Assembly (NCBI GenBank): GCA_965644265.1
Contig: OZ286472.1
Coordinates: 44,826,001 to 44,890,000 of the forward strand
Direction of reading: 5' to 3'
DNA: 64,000 nt
DNA from: Glycera tridactyla
Taxonomy: Eukaryota
How positions within the stretch are numbered: the stretch's first letter is position 1; each line of letters begins with the position of its first letter. The notes beneath the pieces are model-generated. The model was not told the DNA's origin. It saw only the letters and a list, made by a program, of their open reading frames with translations, and searched no databases. Position numbers and translations under genes: made by a program. This document shows, in pieces, positions 23,119 through 36,318 of the stretch.

Positions 23119-24507
23119 GCCGAAATTTCGTGGATTCATTCATTCACAGTAGGGATATGGGGGAAAGAATGAGACAAGGTTGAGCAAAATATATGCGTCG
23201 GTCTTACTGTTGATATCAGTGTCGGGGCTTCGTGCTTATCGCTTGTTCCACTCCAATACCCGTATGTAGTCATTCGCCGGCCACCGAAGTGGCGGGAATG
23301 AGCAGCGGAAATCATGCTATTCCTCTCTCGGATCCTTCCCTTCCTGGATATATACAACACACGGGGAGATATTTATCGGAATTGCATCTAGGTTCTATAC
23401 GATATTTAAATTTTCCAACTAGATGATTTTTTCAAGTTCTCATGGGATTTACTTAGATGCAAGCCTCGGATTGTAGGATCAAATCTGCCCTTCTTGTCAG
23501 ATGCATTTTTGGTAAATAGTCCGAAATTGGTCACATCAGAATGTGATGCTCTTAAATACAATCCTGTCTGGGATGATGAAGCATTTGTAACGTCTGAGAT
23601 AAGTGTAGATTGTATGTATCTTTTCGTATAAGACAGAGGACTCTCACAGACCCTGAACGCATGTTCATGGCGCACCAGGTACGCTGTCAAATGGAAGCAG
23701 CTGAAGAATTTCTATCCGATATAATCGGACATGGCTCCGACAAAATAATGATGAGTCAGAAAGTGTTTGAAGAGAACCTTTTATTAATGGTGGACACAAG
23801 TATTTCGTGCATTATTAGTACCACGTTATGCTCCTTCCACATCCTTGCTCGCTTGGTGGATTAGTTAATGTGATAGACTCGGTCATGGCCGATAATCACT
23901 AATCCGACTGCATTTCAATCATGTGATAATTCATAACCTGGAGATATCCGGGAGAATTCTCAATGCACGTCCCCTTCCTCGGGTACTTTTCAGAAGCATA
24001 ATCTTTGAGACTTGTTTGTTGACTTCCAGCTGATACTTATTTCATAGTCGGATATATGGCACCTGGTCACATCCGCGATGAACAATATAGGTGCAGATAT
24101 GTCTGAACTGTGTTCAGGGTGTGTGGGAATGTTGCTATTATAGCCCACGCGGATGCGGAACAGATGGCATAATACTTCTTCTGTGTCATACATGCAGTTG
24201 ATTGTCGAACAATCATCCACCAATCCATTTTCTAGTGCAGGATGTCACTATGAACGAAATCATAATGATTTCTGAATTTGATATTTCTAAATGCGGTGAA
24301 CATGAAATTTGATCACATATATCACCCTTGTCACACGAGGAAGCGGCTCGGGTAGATTATACAGTGGCTGGTGACAAACAAACGAATATTGTTTGGCAGT
24401 TATACTCAGTGGTGGCCTACTTGGTTAGCAGTTGTTTGAGCTCGGCCTTGTTCGGATATCTTCGGGTGTGTACGAGTTGATCACACCTTCGGACACCTGT
24501 TGACGAG

Positions 24508-24566
24508 TGCGCGCGCGTATGGTGCAACCATGGCGACCAAGAGTTTCACGTGACCCAACAGATTGG
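24508..24566 (+). promoter_or_regulatory. Candidate proximal promoter of the CFAP97D2-like gene
   Basis: TGCGCGCGCG, X-box-like GCAACCATGGCGAC (24524-24537, imperfect), CACGTG (24547) and reverse CCAAT (ATTGG 24562), 150-200 nt upstream of the ATG. Confidence 0.4.
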
Positions 24567-24714
24567 CCAGCGCTTTGCCAGTGTGTATGCTCCCTCGTCC
24601 GGCCATCATTAGTTATAGTCACTTTTGAACCTTCACTGTGATCACCTGGCATCTACTGCATTACTGACCGGACCTCGCAATTAACGCGAGATCTTTACCT
24701 GTATCAGCATCAAC

Positions 24715-24807
24715 ATGCATCGTTCTTACCAATCTGTATTACCAACACATAACAAGTTATTACAACAGCGCTGGGACCAAACCTACTATGATGAGCACCA
24801 AAGAAAG
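24715..24807 (+). CDS. CFAP97D2: CFAP97/KIAA1430-family ciliary protein, exon 1
   Basis: MHRSYQSVLPTHNKLLQQRWDQTYYDEHQRK then AAG|GTAAGT; family-typical N-terminus. D1 versus D2 assignment is tentative. Confidence 0.9.
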
Positions 24808-25242
24808 GTAAGTTCAACTCACTCAAGCCTTGAATATCTACATCTACATTTCTCGTATTCTATTCATTCAGAGTACCCTCTTGTTTCGGAGGATATTCTG
24901 AGTTGAGACCATCGATGAAGAGTCGGGGTGGTGATTTCTGAGACATTCTTGTGAAATTCGAATATATTATGTTTTGACGACGGAACGGAACTGTGTGTTT
25001 GCGAGTGTAGTGTCGACTCAAATCCCCCGGATTTGTCGCCGTTGACTCAGCCCTAACCCATTCACTCCACTTTATTTCGAGTCGATCAAATGTCCCTTGC
25101 TTGTTTTATATTGGCCATAATGACGTTCGGGGAAGTTCAATATGTATAGCGCTAGCATAACATTGCGAAACAAGAATGACGAATTGCAAATAGGGTATAG
25201 TTCACGCCCACGCGAATGTATCCGATATCCACATTTTTAATA

Positions 25243-25393
25243 CAATCGAAGCTGCTCAAAATACCATCTACTTACAAAGGCCACCGTGTGCTACGCAATG
25301 ATATTTTCCATAGTGAACAAGCTCTCTACGGGGACCACCTCTCGGTTCGTTTTTGGTGCGATCGAGGGTGGCCTTTATAGACAGGTACGACTA
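25243..25393. mobile_element. Degenerate pogo-like MITE
   Basis: TA-CAATCGAAGCTG...AAAGGCCACC and GGTGGCCTTTATAGACAGGTACGACTA form decayed inverted ends. Confidence 0.45.
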
Positions 25394-26043
25394 TGAGTCG
25401 GACAAAGTGAATGTAAAAATATGGTAGCCAGTGGATTCGTCGTTCCGACATGTTGATCTCACCAAACCAACGTCTCGCTAAATCCTCTCACCTGGATTAC
25501 GTCGCGGTCTTGTGTCCCTGGCATAATAGCTAGCTAGCTAGCCATATATAGCTAGCCTAATAAAGATCTACAAACGAATAAGACGAAAACAGTGGATCCA
25601 ATCGATGCCGAAAGCTAGGTAGGTCATATGCCTATGAATGCCAGCTATGCAAACACGATCCCGTTTACGCCTGTGTTTGATTAGTCGCTAACGTGTTCTC
25701 GCATAACTGGCAGGCCAGAGGGCGCTGATTCATTAGATCCATTTTGTTGGTGGTAGCTGGAAGTCTCATTAGCACCAACACTATTTTATATTGGGCCACA
25801 TGGTAAAAATACATGGGGAATAGTAACCCCCTTGGGCATCGCTCTAATGACTAGATGATGACACTAAGCATTACCTCTGGTGAATTGATCATTTTCGATG
25901 GACACTGCCAGCTCCTGTCAATGAGACTATCACGTGAAAAACGAGGAAAGGGTTTGGGGGTACATATAAAGAATAGATGAGGAGATGGAAGAAGTGATGG
26001 CCGAAGTATGTTGAAAATTTTGGAAATATTGCCTGAAGAGAGA

Positions 26044-26112
26044 TATTTTTGTACTTGAGCGTTTATCTAACTAATTATGGCGTGGTTAGATAAACGCTCA
26101 ACTACAGAAATA
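26044..26112. repeat. Inverted repeat, 28-bp arms (2 mismatches), 13-nt loop
   Basis: Core TTGAGCGTTTATCTAAC / GTTAGATAAACGCTCAA is a perfect 17-bp match. Confidence 0.9.
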
Positions 26113-28019
26113 TGGTATAGTATAAGATGTACTGAAACAATGTGATGATGCTACACTCAAAACAGTTGGTTCAGATATGCTATGTCATTGTGAACATAAT
26201 TCCTTTCTTCACTTCAAAGATAACATGTTTCTAAACATATTTAAATTGTGAACATTCCACCATTTAATGTTCTATACTGTAAACAGGATAGATCCAAAGA
26301 CATCTATATCTGAACTGTATTACCTGAACTTGATTATGTGCTGACGCCCAGGTAACAAAATGGCTGCCATTTGTTGCATCAGATCTTGTCAGTGTGTACC
26401 CAATAGATATATGATATTGTAATTCATAGTGAATCAATACACCTCTCGAAATACAGTGAGTATTAGCGCAAAAGTAAATTATAAAAAATACACACCCGTG
26501 ACGTTCTGCACTAACACTAGGAAACTCTGTATGCTAAGCCATGTGATCACCATATACCTATGCTTCCGAATCTTTCAATTAATTGAGGCTTACTTGTAAT
26601 ATTTGAGGGTGCATGGTTATGCTCAGGGTAGTGCCAAGAGGACAGGATGAGTTTCTGTCCTCTTCTCCTGCCAGCAGAGATGAGATCGAATGATCCTTGT
26701 ATTCAATTGATGTCGATTTGCCAAGTTTTATGGTATGACCGGACAAAAATACAAAATTCCGTGTGGTATGTTGGTAATGATGCTTCGAAAGTGAAAGATC
26801 TACAAATGCCAAAGCGACCATAGCTTCTTGTATGTGTTTTTTCGAAGTTGAAGTTGACGGAATGGGAAGCCATCGACCTGCTGATTGTCAAGCATTGTGA
26901 TACCGACTGTGATGTAACATACGATTTCATGTACTTCAGGAAGTAGGCACATCATCGTCTTCGAGGATTAGACCAAAGTAGATTTTCGTTTGAGAAGTCA
27001 TGATACATCAAGTGATAGGTAGCAGACTCCGTTTAGTATCCACAGGCTGATTATATTTATAAAGCGTGTCAAGATGGCGCACTGCACGCTCTGTAACCTA
27101 GTCTATACCCTCGAGCTAGTTCGAATATTGAGCAAAGTGGATAAACACGTTTCAATCTTTATAGCGTAGACACTATCCTGCGCCCTGGTTTGAATGGCAT
27201 CGTCAGATCATCAATATATTTGCTATCCCCTTGTTACAAAACTGTGTGGTATCGACATTTACCCAGCCATTACAGGGTATGCGAGAAAGTCCAAGTAAAT
27301 GTCAATCGGCGATTTTTGCTATCGGCGTGGAATCTAACTGGTAATTTCAATTATTCACTACATCGATTGCTCAATTGGTTTCTTGCATGGTAATCGACTT
27401 GCTTGTAATGCTCATTATCAGGCTATCTTACTTGGATTGGGGCTCATCCCAGGAACCTTCCTTTAGGGGCACATATTAAACTTTCTTCATGAAATATTTT
27501 AATGATCTCTATCTTGAACACATTCTGCTCCATCCTTTCGATATGTGCATGCCAAATGCAGGGCACTGGTATGTTTAGAGACTGAACTGGCCCGATCCAT
27601 GCCATGCATAGGTGTGTCGTGACACTTTTACCCTTGGTATTCAGTTACAATACAATACCACAACTGGCGAAAGAGCCTGTCGAATGTGATTGACAGGGAT
27701 GCTACTCATTTATGGTTGTGAGGTTATCATGTCCTGATGACCCAGTTGCTCCTCCTGTCCCATGAGGTCACAATGGGCGAGGCACACACTCACATTCAAT
27801 GTAATATTGAATGTCCCAGATAATCCACTGCAATGCTGGGAACTCTCAGTACACTGCAAGGCGTGATGACCCATTCAGTACTCCTGCTTCATGGAGTCAC
27901 AATACAGCAGTGTAGTCACTCACCTGGATATATTTTCACTTCCATTTCACACATCATCCTGTTCAAAGTTGGTCTGTTTTCCATGGAAATACCGGAAATG
28001 GATCATTTATTTGTGAGAT

Positions 28020-28065
28020 AATAATGATAATGATAATGAATATAATAATGATAATGATGATTGTG
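28020..28065. repeat. (ATA/ATG)n microsatellite
   Basis: Direct inspection. Confidence 0.85.
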
Positions 28066-28721
28066 ATTTATATAGCGCCACCATCCATAAAATGCTCGAA
28101 GGCACTTCATATGGGAGAACATGCATGTCTACAAGAGTCTACAGTAGACAGTATACTTATTACATTTTTGTGGATCTGTATAGCAGGCAAAACCAACTGT
28201 CAACAGTAATTGTTCCTTAAGGAATAGTGCAGCCACTAGTTGTCTTTTTCCCCGTTGAAATGTAAGGAAGATGGGGTATCAATCTGAACATGAGTTGGTA
28301 TGCACCCAGCAATATAATATGGCTGTGCGCAAATATGTGATGTTTGTGGTGGGGACGGCGTCACCATCGCTGACGGCGAAAATAATATCGACATTCCCCG
28401 TGGCCAAGATGATGGCGAGACCTCTTTCCTGTCGGTGAATCATGAACAGGTTCAACCACACGCAATTAGCTTGCTGTGTGAATGCCGTTACCTTCCATGA
28501 ATGAACCGTCACTTGGCAACCATAGAAGAGCATAAACCATTCATAAATGACTATTCATCAGTGCTGTTCTCGTTCATAATTGATGAAATGGTGATGAGTG
28601 CTCCGACGTTGCTTATTGACACATTATGAAGATAATTAACTGCGCAGCTTCCACCTGCGTGAACTTTGTATGACCATAAAGAAATCATTTGAAGCCAGTC
28701 ATGACTGTATATCCAATGTTG

Positions 28722-28825
28722 CTGTTGTTGACGACGACGGGGAGGACAGCAACAAGAACAGCGACAGCAACAATAACGACGATGATGACGCAGAACTACA
28801 ATAACTACAACAACTACAACAATGA
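28722..28825. repeat. (ACA/ACG)n low-complexity tract
   Basis: Direct inspection. Confidence 0.8.
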
Positions 28826-29799
28826 TTGGTCATCACTAATTTGAACTTTCACTCCGGATTTGTAGAAATGACAAGTACGTTCAGTCGAATACTGCTTGGC
28901 GGCACAGGTAATATAATACCAGTAGTGTAGAATCTATATGCTACACTGGTCTTAGGTGTCGAGTAGCAACTTATATAATCCCCCTACCAGGGCAAAGAAA
29001 TGGCGGATTAGCAGCCACGCGGATTACCGGGATAGAGTGGCTCACTTGATACGATGTACTCACTGCTTCGCGCTTCGCTGATCCAGTATCTGTAACACAT
29101 AGAGAATTATCGCGACCATTCCCGATTCTCCATTATTTCAGCTGTATTGACACCTCAGTTTCTTAAATAATGCCGAGAATGAAATTTGTTGGCAAATGCA
29201 CGTTTGGTCTATGTCAGATTTCATATCGTTGACCAAACCATTCCACAACTTTTGGATTATCCAGACAGTGAGTGATTTCTGAATGATGGTTCGCCTACTG
29301 GTGAGAAGACAGTGGCACAATGGTAATATGAACCATATTTTTCGATTGACGTGTAGTGAGTTGGTGATCTAATTCAGCCACATGACTAGATCACCTGTTA
29401 ATCGGGTGTACTCGCGGTATCAGAGGACATCAAGTAGAAGATTACCTTCATCGATGCCGATGCGACCCCACTCCTCTATCTGCGAGACGGACATGTGTCA
29501 ATCCGATGGATTGATTGAGATAAAATGTATCCATTAGCCACGAGCAGTCGGACCTACTGTATTGTATTTCCCCAACGCCCTCGATGCATTCGATGCATTT
29601 TGAAAATTTTAAATTCGCCTGTGAGTGCTGACTGACCCTACCACCAAGGGTGTTTGATATGTTAGAAACTGTTTCCATGTCGGCAATGCTTGTAAATTGC
29701 TGGTTGGAAGGTAGAGCATAGTAAGAAAATCAGAAACGGGTGGATGAAATGTTCGAATGAGCGTGAGAATCGGATATATTGTATTCGCTTATTGGTGGA

Positions 29800-29867
29800 A
29801 TGAATTACGAACTATTTCATTGAGGTTAAAATCATGAATTACGAACTATTTCATTGAGGTTAAAATC
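29800..29867. repeat. Perfect 34-bp tandem duplication
   Basis: ATGAATTACGAACTATTTCATTGAGGTTAAAATC x2. Confidence 0.95.
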
Positions 29868-30554
29868 AGTGATTGAGCGACCCGTGAAACTAGCTGGATC
29901 CATCGGACCATGGTTTGTTGGCGTGGCTTGTACTTCAGAATATAAACATCCCTCAATCAATGAGCAAACAATGATATCCAGAACAATAAGAAGCATATGC
30001 CAGTATCACTGTTTGTATACCAGCATTGATTGCCTGAATAATGGCGTGTATCATATTTCAATCATCATTATCAGGCCTATCTCGTGGCTGTCACTTACGA
30101 TAAATCACCTACAAAGGATGACAACGCCAGTGTAGGTTTTGCTATTATTCTGGTCTGACATACCATTTCCGGGTGTAAGCATGACATCTGATTAGGTCCT
30201 GGTATATGGGTATAGCCAGTTTATGGTCCCCAATACTATGATCAGATTCAATCCATGTTTATAGTTTGTATGCTGAATTTGGCGACCATTCATCACTCTA
30301 CTCCATTCGTGATTGATGATTATTGGAACTGTCAAATCCTATGATTCAGGCAGTTCCTGTGATAGTTCTTTGAAATGATTGAAAAGCCCCGTGTCATTCG
30401 CTTGGGATAATCAGGAATGATTTATTGATTGCCTGTGAATTTCATAAATTTTTACCATCCGTCTGTCACTTAGAAAAGTCATAAGACAAACATCTCAATA
30501 TAACCCCAGAAGTGCTGACAGAACATCAATGAATCGGCCAATTACTCAGCCAAT

Positions 30555-30605
30555 TCGTCAGTCAGCCAGCCAGTCAGTCAGTCAGCCAGCCAGTCAGTCA
30601 GCCTG
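30555..30605. repeat. (AGTC/AGCC)n microsatellite
   Basis: Direct inspection. Confidence 0.85.
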
Positions 30606-32024
30606 ACACGACACTATTTTGAATTCTGTTATAGAATTGAATGACCTCTGTTCGTGCATGAAACATGAATCGGGGTTTTCTAAACTTTCTGGAATGTAGA
30701 CTGCATAGAATGCGTCATCATGTGTCATCATTATCTCTGGCTGAATACTCGTTCACTCCTGGATCGAGTGGAGTAGCAGGGTGAATGGATATTATTCAAG
30801 AGAAATAGATCTGAAAACTATACATTCACCTGGCCCAAATTCGGCCATCAACAGCTAATTCCCGCCCTGGACGACCTCTGTCCCATGATGATGGGGCGAT
30901 TACTGGTAATATTCCCTGCTGCAGCATACCTTCTGAGTTTTCGAACAGATACGCGGTGTACAAAAATGATGAACCACATATCCTAGTACTTCATGATTGA
31001 TGTTGTCTGCGTTCATCCGAGAAAAGATGCAAACATGTCATTACAATATTGATATGGAGCTGAAATAAGTAAATATGAACCACTGGTAGTTATTCATATG
31101 AATAATTGATGTATTCCCAACAAAGATTTGTTATTTGATATGCAAGTGTGAATTGTAGGCGACTATGTGGAATGAGTAAAGTCAACCAAGTATCTTATTC
31201 ACACACTGGATGGGTGGATTGCAGTTGTAAACACAGAGCACAGGCGTTGATTCCAGTCGTTGGAATGGCTGTCTACAATGAATAATTCTACTGCTAGCAT
31301 TGACAGCACATTCCTGCCACACGCATATACCCCAGTTCGTTCAAACAGACAGCGACCAGTACCTGTCTCATTTTGTTGTATCACATAGCCAGTACATTTA
31401 AGAACTATATGCCTCCCTACACTGTTGACTCGAATGAACACAAAAAAAAGTGGGTAGGGTGGGAGTCCAGGGTCTCTATAGAAGGCAGTCACCAATGGGC
31501 GCGGGTCTTTTTCTTTGAAGTGTTGCCATCGGAGATGATGTGGCCTAGATGTAGCATCCTCCCTTCTCTTTTTCTCAATAATTTTTTGTGTGGGGGTTGA
31601 ATGAAAACATACCTTCAGAGTTTCTGTCATCTGTCTTTAGGCAATTTCTACCAAAATTACACTATCACCATGGTTTCTTTCAATTCACCTCTTTTCTATC
31701 CCTCTAAGCTCCTTCTTATTTCTTCAGCGAAATGGTCTCTGGTGTAGGTAGCTAACGGTTTGCCTGTTGCAGATATTGTCAATATGCAAAGAGCGGGTAC
31801 CAGGCACACCAGTTCTGGGTTACTAGGGCTGCGACTAGGTTACTAGGAAGTGTGATGGCATTGTCTTGCAGCATAGGGCAAGAAATTATTGTAAAGCTGG
31901 TTTGAAGTTGGCAGTTTGTAATTGAACACTTTGGTTGAGTATTCCCCAAACCTAATGCTTTTCCTTGTGTCAAGTGCTGCGCTTTGCAGAAAAAAAAGGA
32001 TTGCTATCAGGCTTGGGTGTTAGC

Positions 32025-32215
32025 TTCCAGCCAGCTACATAGTTAGATATGCCATCAAAGGTTTATTATGTGTGTTTAGATTAGGTAGAGGTGTGTCTGA
32101 ACTGTCAGCTACTTCCACTTGACAACCTTTCAGGTTCCCCATCAACTTGTGTTCAGGGTTTGTGAGAGTGATTTCTGCAGGGGAGAGAACATCTAGCTTT
32201 CATTAACCAGGAACA
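32025..32215. repeat. Interspersed repeat family B
   Basis: Matches 21205-21355 and 8990-9050. Confidence 0.7.
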
Positions 32216-33163
32216 CACGGCATACATATCCCACGAGTTGATACATGCCGTTAAACCTCAACGAAAGAAAGAAAGAACACAAAAAAGTCTCATCTTGTTG
32301 GTCCGAGCCGCCAAGGCTGTCACTGGGGGGGGGGGGGGGGGGGGGGTGGCCTGCTTTGCAATATGGGAGGGTCGATTTAATTCTTAGTTATCGATTTGTT
32401 CTGCTGAATCCCGGATGTATTCAGTATGAATCGGCCATCGAGATCCCCGCAGTCGTCGTTAGAAGTGGCACTGATGCTACAGTTATTGTAGATTGCATAC
32501 GCCTGAGGAACTACCAACTTGGTTTGCGTGCAATATGAAATGGTAGGATAGAAACCGCGCAATTGCACTCAAGTTGCGATCGACAAAAATATCGATGCTC
32601 TCCTAAAATGAATTAGGTCACGTTTCATATGAAGCGAACACGTGCAGGGTTTCAATAATTCATGATATTGCCTGCACCCCGTGGGACTTCTTGTGGGATT
32701 ACGACCATGATGGCAGGCGAGGGGATACATTGATAAGATGTTCACTAAAAGAAGGCCCACCAGAATGAATTCTCGCTTGACTTCTGTAATCAAAAATGAT
32801 CTATTATTGAATCACAATGGGCCAGCATTCTTCCAAGTTGATCCACGGGACCTAACAATGTGCATCGAAACATGCCTCCGGAGACTTGTCTTTCAAACCC
32901 ATGGTACCAGTTCATCGTTGATTTGTGTTTTTTCGTCATCCAAAATGCTGAAAACTTTTCCAAACAGATATTCTGTCCCTTGGTCTGCCCTGTTATTTCC
33001 CACATCGTGGTCGTGATGAGACGCTGCCCCAGATCGGCCCAGGCTGATGGCCGAGATTGGGCATGAACGGATACATGAGGAATTGTTCCTCATCACACTT
33101 CAACTTTCTATATACTCTCTGCGACATTATATTGACCATTCGAGTGTTTGTCTGTTTCTCTAG

Positions 33164-33244
33164 GTGAAGACATCTGCGCCCATTGTGGATACGTTACCCC
33201 CAAAGACTTACATGCATCTTCACCTGAAACTGAAGAAGTTACAG
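33164..33244 (+). CDS. CFAP97D2: CFAP97-family gene exon 2
   Basis: tttctctag|VKTSAPIVDTLPPKTYMHLHLKLKKLQ|GTGAGT, phase 0-0. Confidence 0.92.
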
Positions 33245-33470
33245 GTGAGTTTTGAAATACGGAAGTAATTCTTTGAAAGGGATTACAGCGATGACGGAGA
33301 CTGATAATGATGGTGATCGAGGTGGTAGTGGAGCCGGTGTTGCATCTGCTGATATTTATGCTATTTTTAAAGATGATTAGGGTGACGATAATGATCAGCT
33401 GAACTCAACTGCGTTAATTATTCAACCTTTCCATCAATAATTCTAATGTAATTTTGGATTTGAATTGCAG

Positions 33471-33589
33471 CTTGAAGAGGAGAGGTTGGCAACGATCGAG
33501 CGCGATAACCGAATCTTGTTGGAGAAAATGACTTATATCATGCACACGAAAGGCCGAGTGGATAACAGAAACAATTACGAATACAAGAG
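33471..33589 (+). CDS. CFAP97D2: CFAP97-family gene exon 3
   Basis: ttgcag|LEEERLATIERDNRILLEKM...NNYEYK-AG|GTGCGT, phase 0-2; contains the family motif ERDNxxLLxKM. Confidence 0.93.
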
Positions 33590-33726
33590 GTGCGTGTTGG
33601 ACTTGACTCCTTTATTGTATGTCTGTCTGTTCGCTTTACGATGTATTTCTACCCAGTGGCACAGTAAAATCCTTAAACGATATAGTTCTCACCTCGAATA
33701 TGCATCAACCCAGCTTTCAGTTGGGT

Positions 33727-33830
33727 ATTCAGGGCCCGCATGAAAATGTGGGTGCCCTATGGCAATCGTTAAGTCTGTCCACCCGTCTGTCTGTCTATCC
33801 ATGCACAGTTTTGTACGAAGCTCTGGTGAC
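33727..33830 (+). mobile_element. Second, truncated copy of the HINE-type element head
   Basis: CCCGCA-TGAAAA-TGTGGG-TGCCCTAT followed by (GTCT/GTCC)n, matching 17171 onward. Confidence 0.5.
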
Positions 33831-34859
33831 GAAGGTATTGAAGGTACCTTAGCCAATTTGATGTGTGGAAGACACAAGACTGGTCTCCCTGGAAAGCTTA
33901 TCTCCTGATTCTTGAGCATAACTTCCGTTAACCCTCGAAACAGAGAGAGCCAGGAACCGTCCATAATCCTGACTCTGAGTTGTTCAGGTCAATCTGACTT
34001 GCTGCTGAGATAATCCGGCATAGATGTTAATACCATGCGAAGAGCAGTCTTCACAAAAGCACTTTTTAAGACACTCTCCCATCGGGAGAGCAGTTTGGCA
34101 GAATCACTTTCCTAATGTTAGTTCTTCAGAATCATACATGTACGGGCAAATGCAAAGCCACAATTCCATGGCTTGTCCATGAGAGAACACTGCCACTTCT
34201 GCTTGATTATACGGGTCGGTAATGTACTCGGTTGATTTTACATCAGTTGCTGTATACATCGTACTTGACGCCGTACTGAATTGAGTTGAATGAAAGTGAA
34301 TGTAGGTATAGAATCTATTGTTATGTCTGAACCGTGCCGCACAACAAATCGATGTTTGGCTCTCGAGAATCTATAATCTGTCTCAGTTATGTTCCTATTG
34401 AACTTGATTGAAATTAGCACACGTTGTGACTCTTGATTACCGCACTGTTGCTGAGGAATTCAACACTCCTTTATTAACTCGATGCCTAGGCCAGAAAATG
34501 CAGTCGCCTTTCAAGAAGGGTGGAATGGTTTACTGAAAGCGCTTTTAATAACATACAGTTTGATAGTCCTAAGTCATTGCGACTAGTATAATCAAAAGTA
34601 TATTTCTACTTCATATCATCGTTTCACTCTCTTCCCCATGCTATCATTATTGTGTCGTATGAGCTGTTAAATCTCAAACATTCTTCAGCTCAAGACAAAT
34701 CAAAGATCCATAGTAAACACACGGGGAAAGGTGCTTTCTTGTCGTAGGTGCCGTATATTTTAACACATTCAAGACATTGTCTCGATTTGCAAAAGCAGTC
34801 GTGAACTCAAGATCTAGAGTCTGAAATTCAAAGTGGCATTTTTCATCTGATTTGTATAG

Positions 34860-35052
34860 TTTGAATCGAGAGAAGAGGATGCGGGAGTTACTGCGAGTGA
34901 CGAAGGAGAATCAGGAGATTCTTCAGAGGATCACCGCCCGTAAACCCGAATACGATCACAAGACCTGGCAGAAAGATTGGAAGCAGAAACAGAAGTTCAT
35001 GGATAATATCTCACGCTACCCGAAGGACTGGTGGGTGAAACAGGGCAGCAAG
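34860..35052 (+). CDS. CFAP97D2: CFAP97-family gene exon 4
   Basis: ttgtatag|(S)LNREKRMRELLRVTKENQEILQRI...NISRYPKDWWVKQGSK|GTAAGC, phase 2-0. Confidence 0.93.
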
Positions 35053-36126
35053 GTAAGCATTGTGATTCATGTCATGGGATTGATTGAGTATTGTTTAATG
35101 TCCCATCGACATCCCATTGGCAATTTCGGACCATGCCGTGGGACTATAGCTAAAGGCAATGCTACCCAACTGGACTCTTCTGAACATTCAGTAGCTTAAG
35201 GACAACCTATGAGGCGCTTGTCATTATTCATCAAGACTTGGCTCAAACTACGAAGCTTCTGTCAAATATCAAATGGAATTTATCCCAAACTACACTATTC
35301 TTGTCGAACGTTAAATTCAGCTGTTCAATTCCACTCATTCAATAGTAAATGTACTTCGCCAGATGGTCTGGCAATCAACATCAATCGATCAGACAGACAA
35401 ACCCTGTGACAGATGAGTAGTTCACATACTTGAATAATTGATCTTCATGATATAGATGCATTTTATAGGATTTCCTATCAAATGCTGTGCATGATATGGT
35501 CTTCCTTCGGGCCTGCTAAATTTTGGCGACAAATTTTGATTTCTACTCAAGCATTATTCCAACAACCTCACATAACCTCGATACTGAAGAGTCACATCTA
35601 CGAGAAATACTACTGTTCGATGTTCTTGCATGGCTCCATTTATCCCGACCGTTGATTAAAATTCATCATTCATGGCATGCCAGTCGGTCTTACATCAAGA
35701 AGGCATTGGATCAACCCGGAGGACAGTGTCGATTAATGGAATATGATAGCAATTGTGATTATTGAATAGAGCGGAGCGCATGACAGTTCATTGAAAACAT
35801 TCCTACTGGAGTGGTTCAATCTATCGATTTTAGAAACTACTTGTTAATTACACGCACTCCCCTGTCAAATCCACTTTCTTGTGATAGTCCAATGACTTTG
35901 GTCAGGCAGATTACCAAATACATTGTTTGATGGCTCTCGATCATGCATTGACAACTGGTTTCCCTGTTTCTCGATAACAGTTTTCTCATCATAGATCTAT
36001 GCCATGATTTTATCAGAAGCATTTCATGTGAAATGCATGGAAACGATGCATTGGCAGTCCTCAATTCCATGGAAATTGCACTTTATTGTGTGGCTATCTT
36101 TTAATAATCAATGTCTGTATTTGCAG

Positions 36127-36318
36127 GGAGCTGGCCGAGAAGCAGAATCCCGACAGAGCACCCGGAGTGTCCAATCAAATGCAAGCAAAGCCAGTAAGAA
36201 GAAGAAGCAGGAACCAAAGGAGGAGACTGTGCTAGAGAAGGAGGAAGAATCTCAGCAGGAAGAAGAACAGACGGAACAAGAGAAAGAGCGATCCGACGAA
36301 GAACAAACAACAGAATAA
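36127..36318 (+). CDS. CFAP97D2: CFAP97-family gene exon 5 (charged, Glu-rich tail, stop); total 225 aa
   Basis: tatttgcag|GAGREAESRQ...EEQTTE*; phase 0; the TAA stop lies inside an AATAAA. Confidence 0.8.
   Translation, partial: GAGREAESRQSTRSVQSNASKASKKKKQEPKEETVLEKEEESQQEEEQTEQEKERSDEEQTTE

Noticed and set aside
10318-23183. ORFs spanning N runs
   Set aside because: Artefacts of gaps translated as X.
29800-29867. 34-bp repeat (also the 27-bp and 13-bp repeats) as CRISPR-like arrays
   Set aside because: Adjacent copies with no spacers, in a eukaryotic context with no cas genes.
32790-33005. MNWYHGFERQV as a MULE transposase relic
   Set aside because: Single weak motif with no supporting neighbours.
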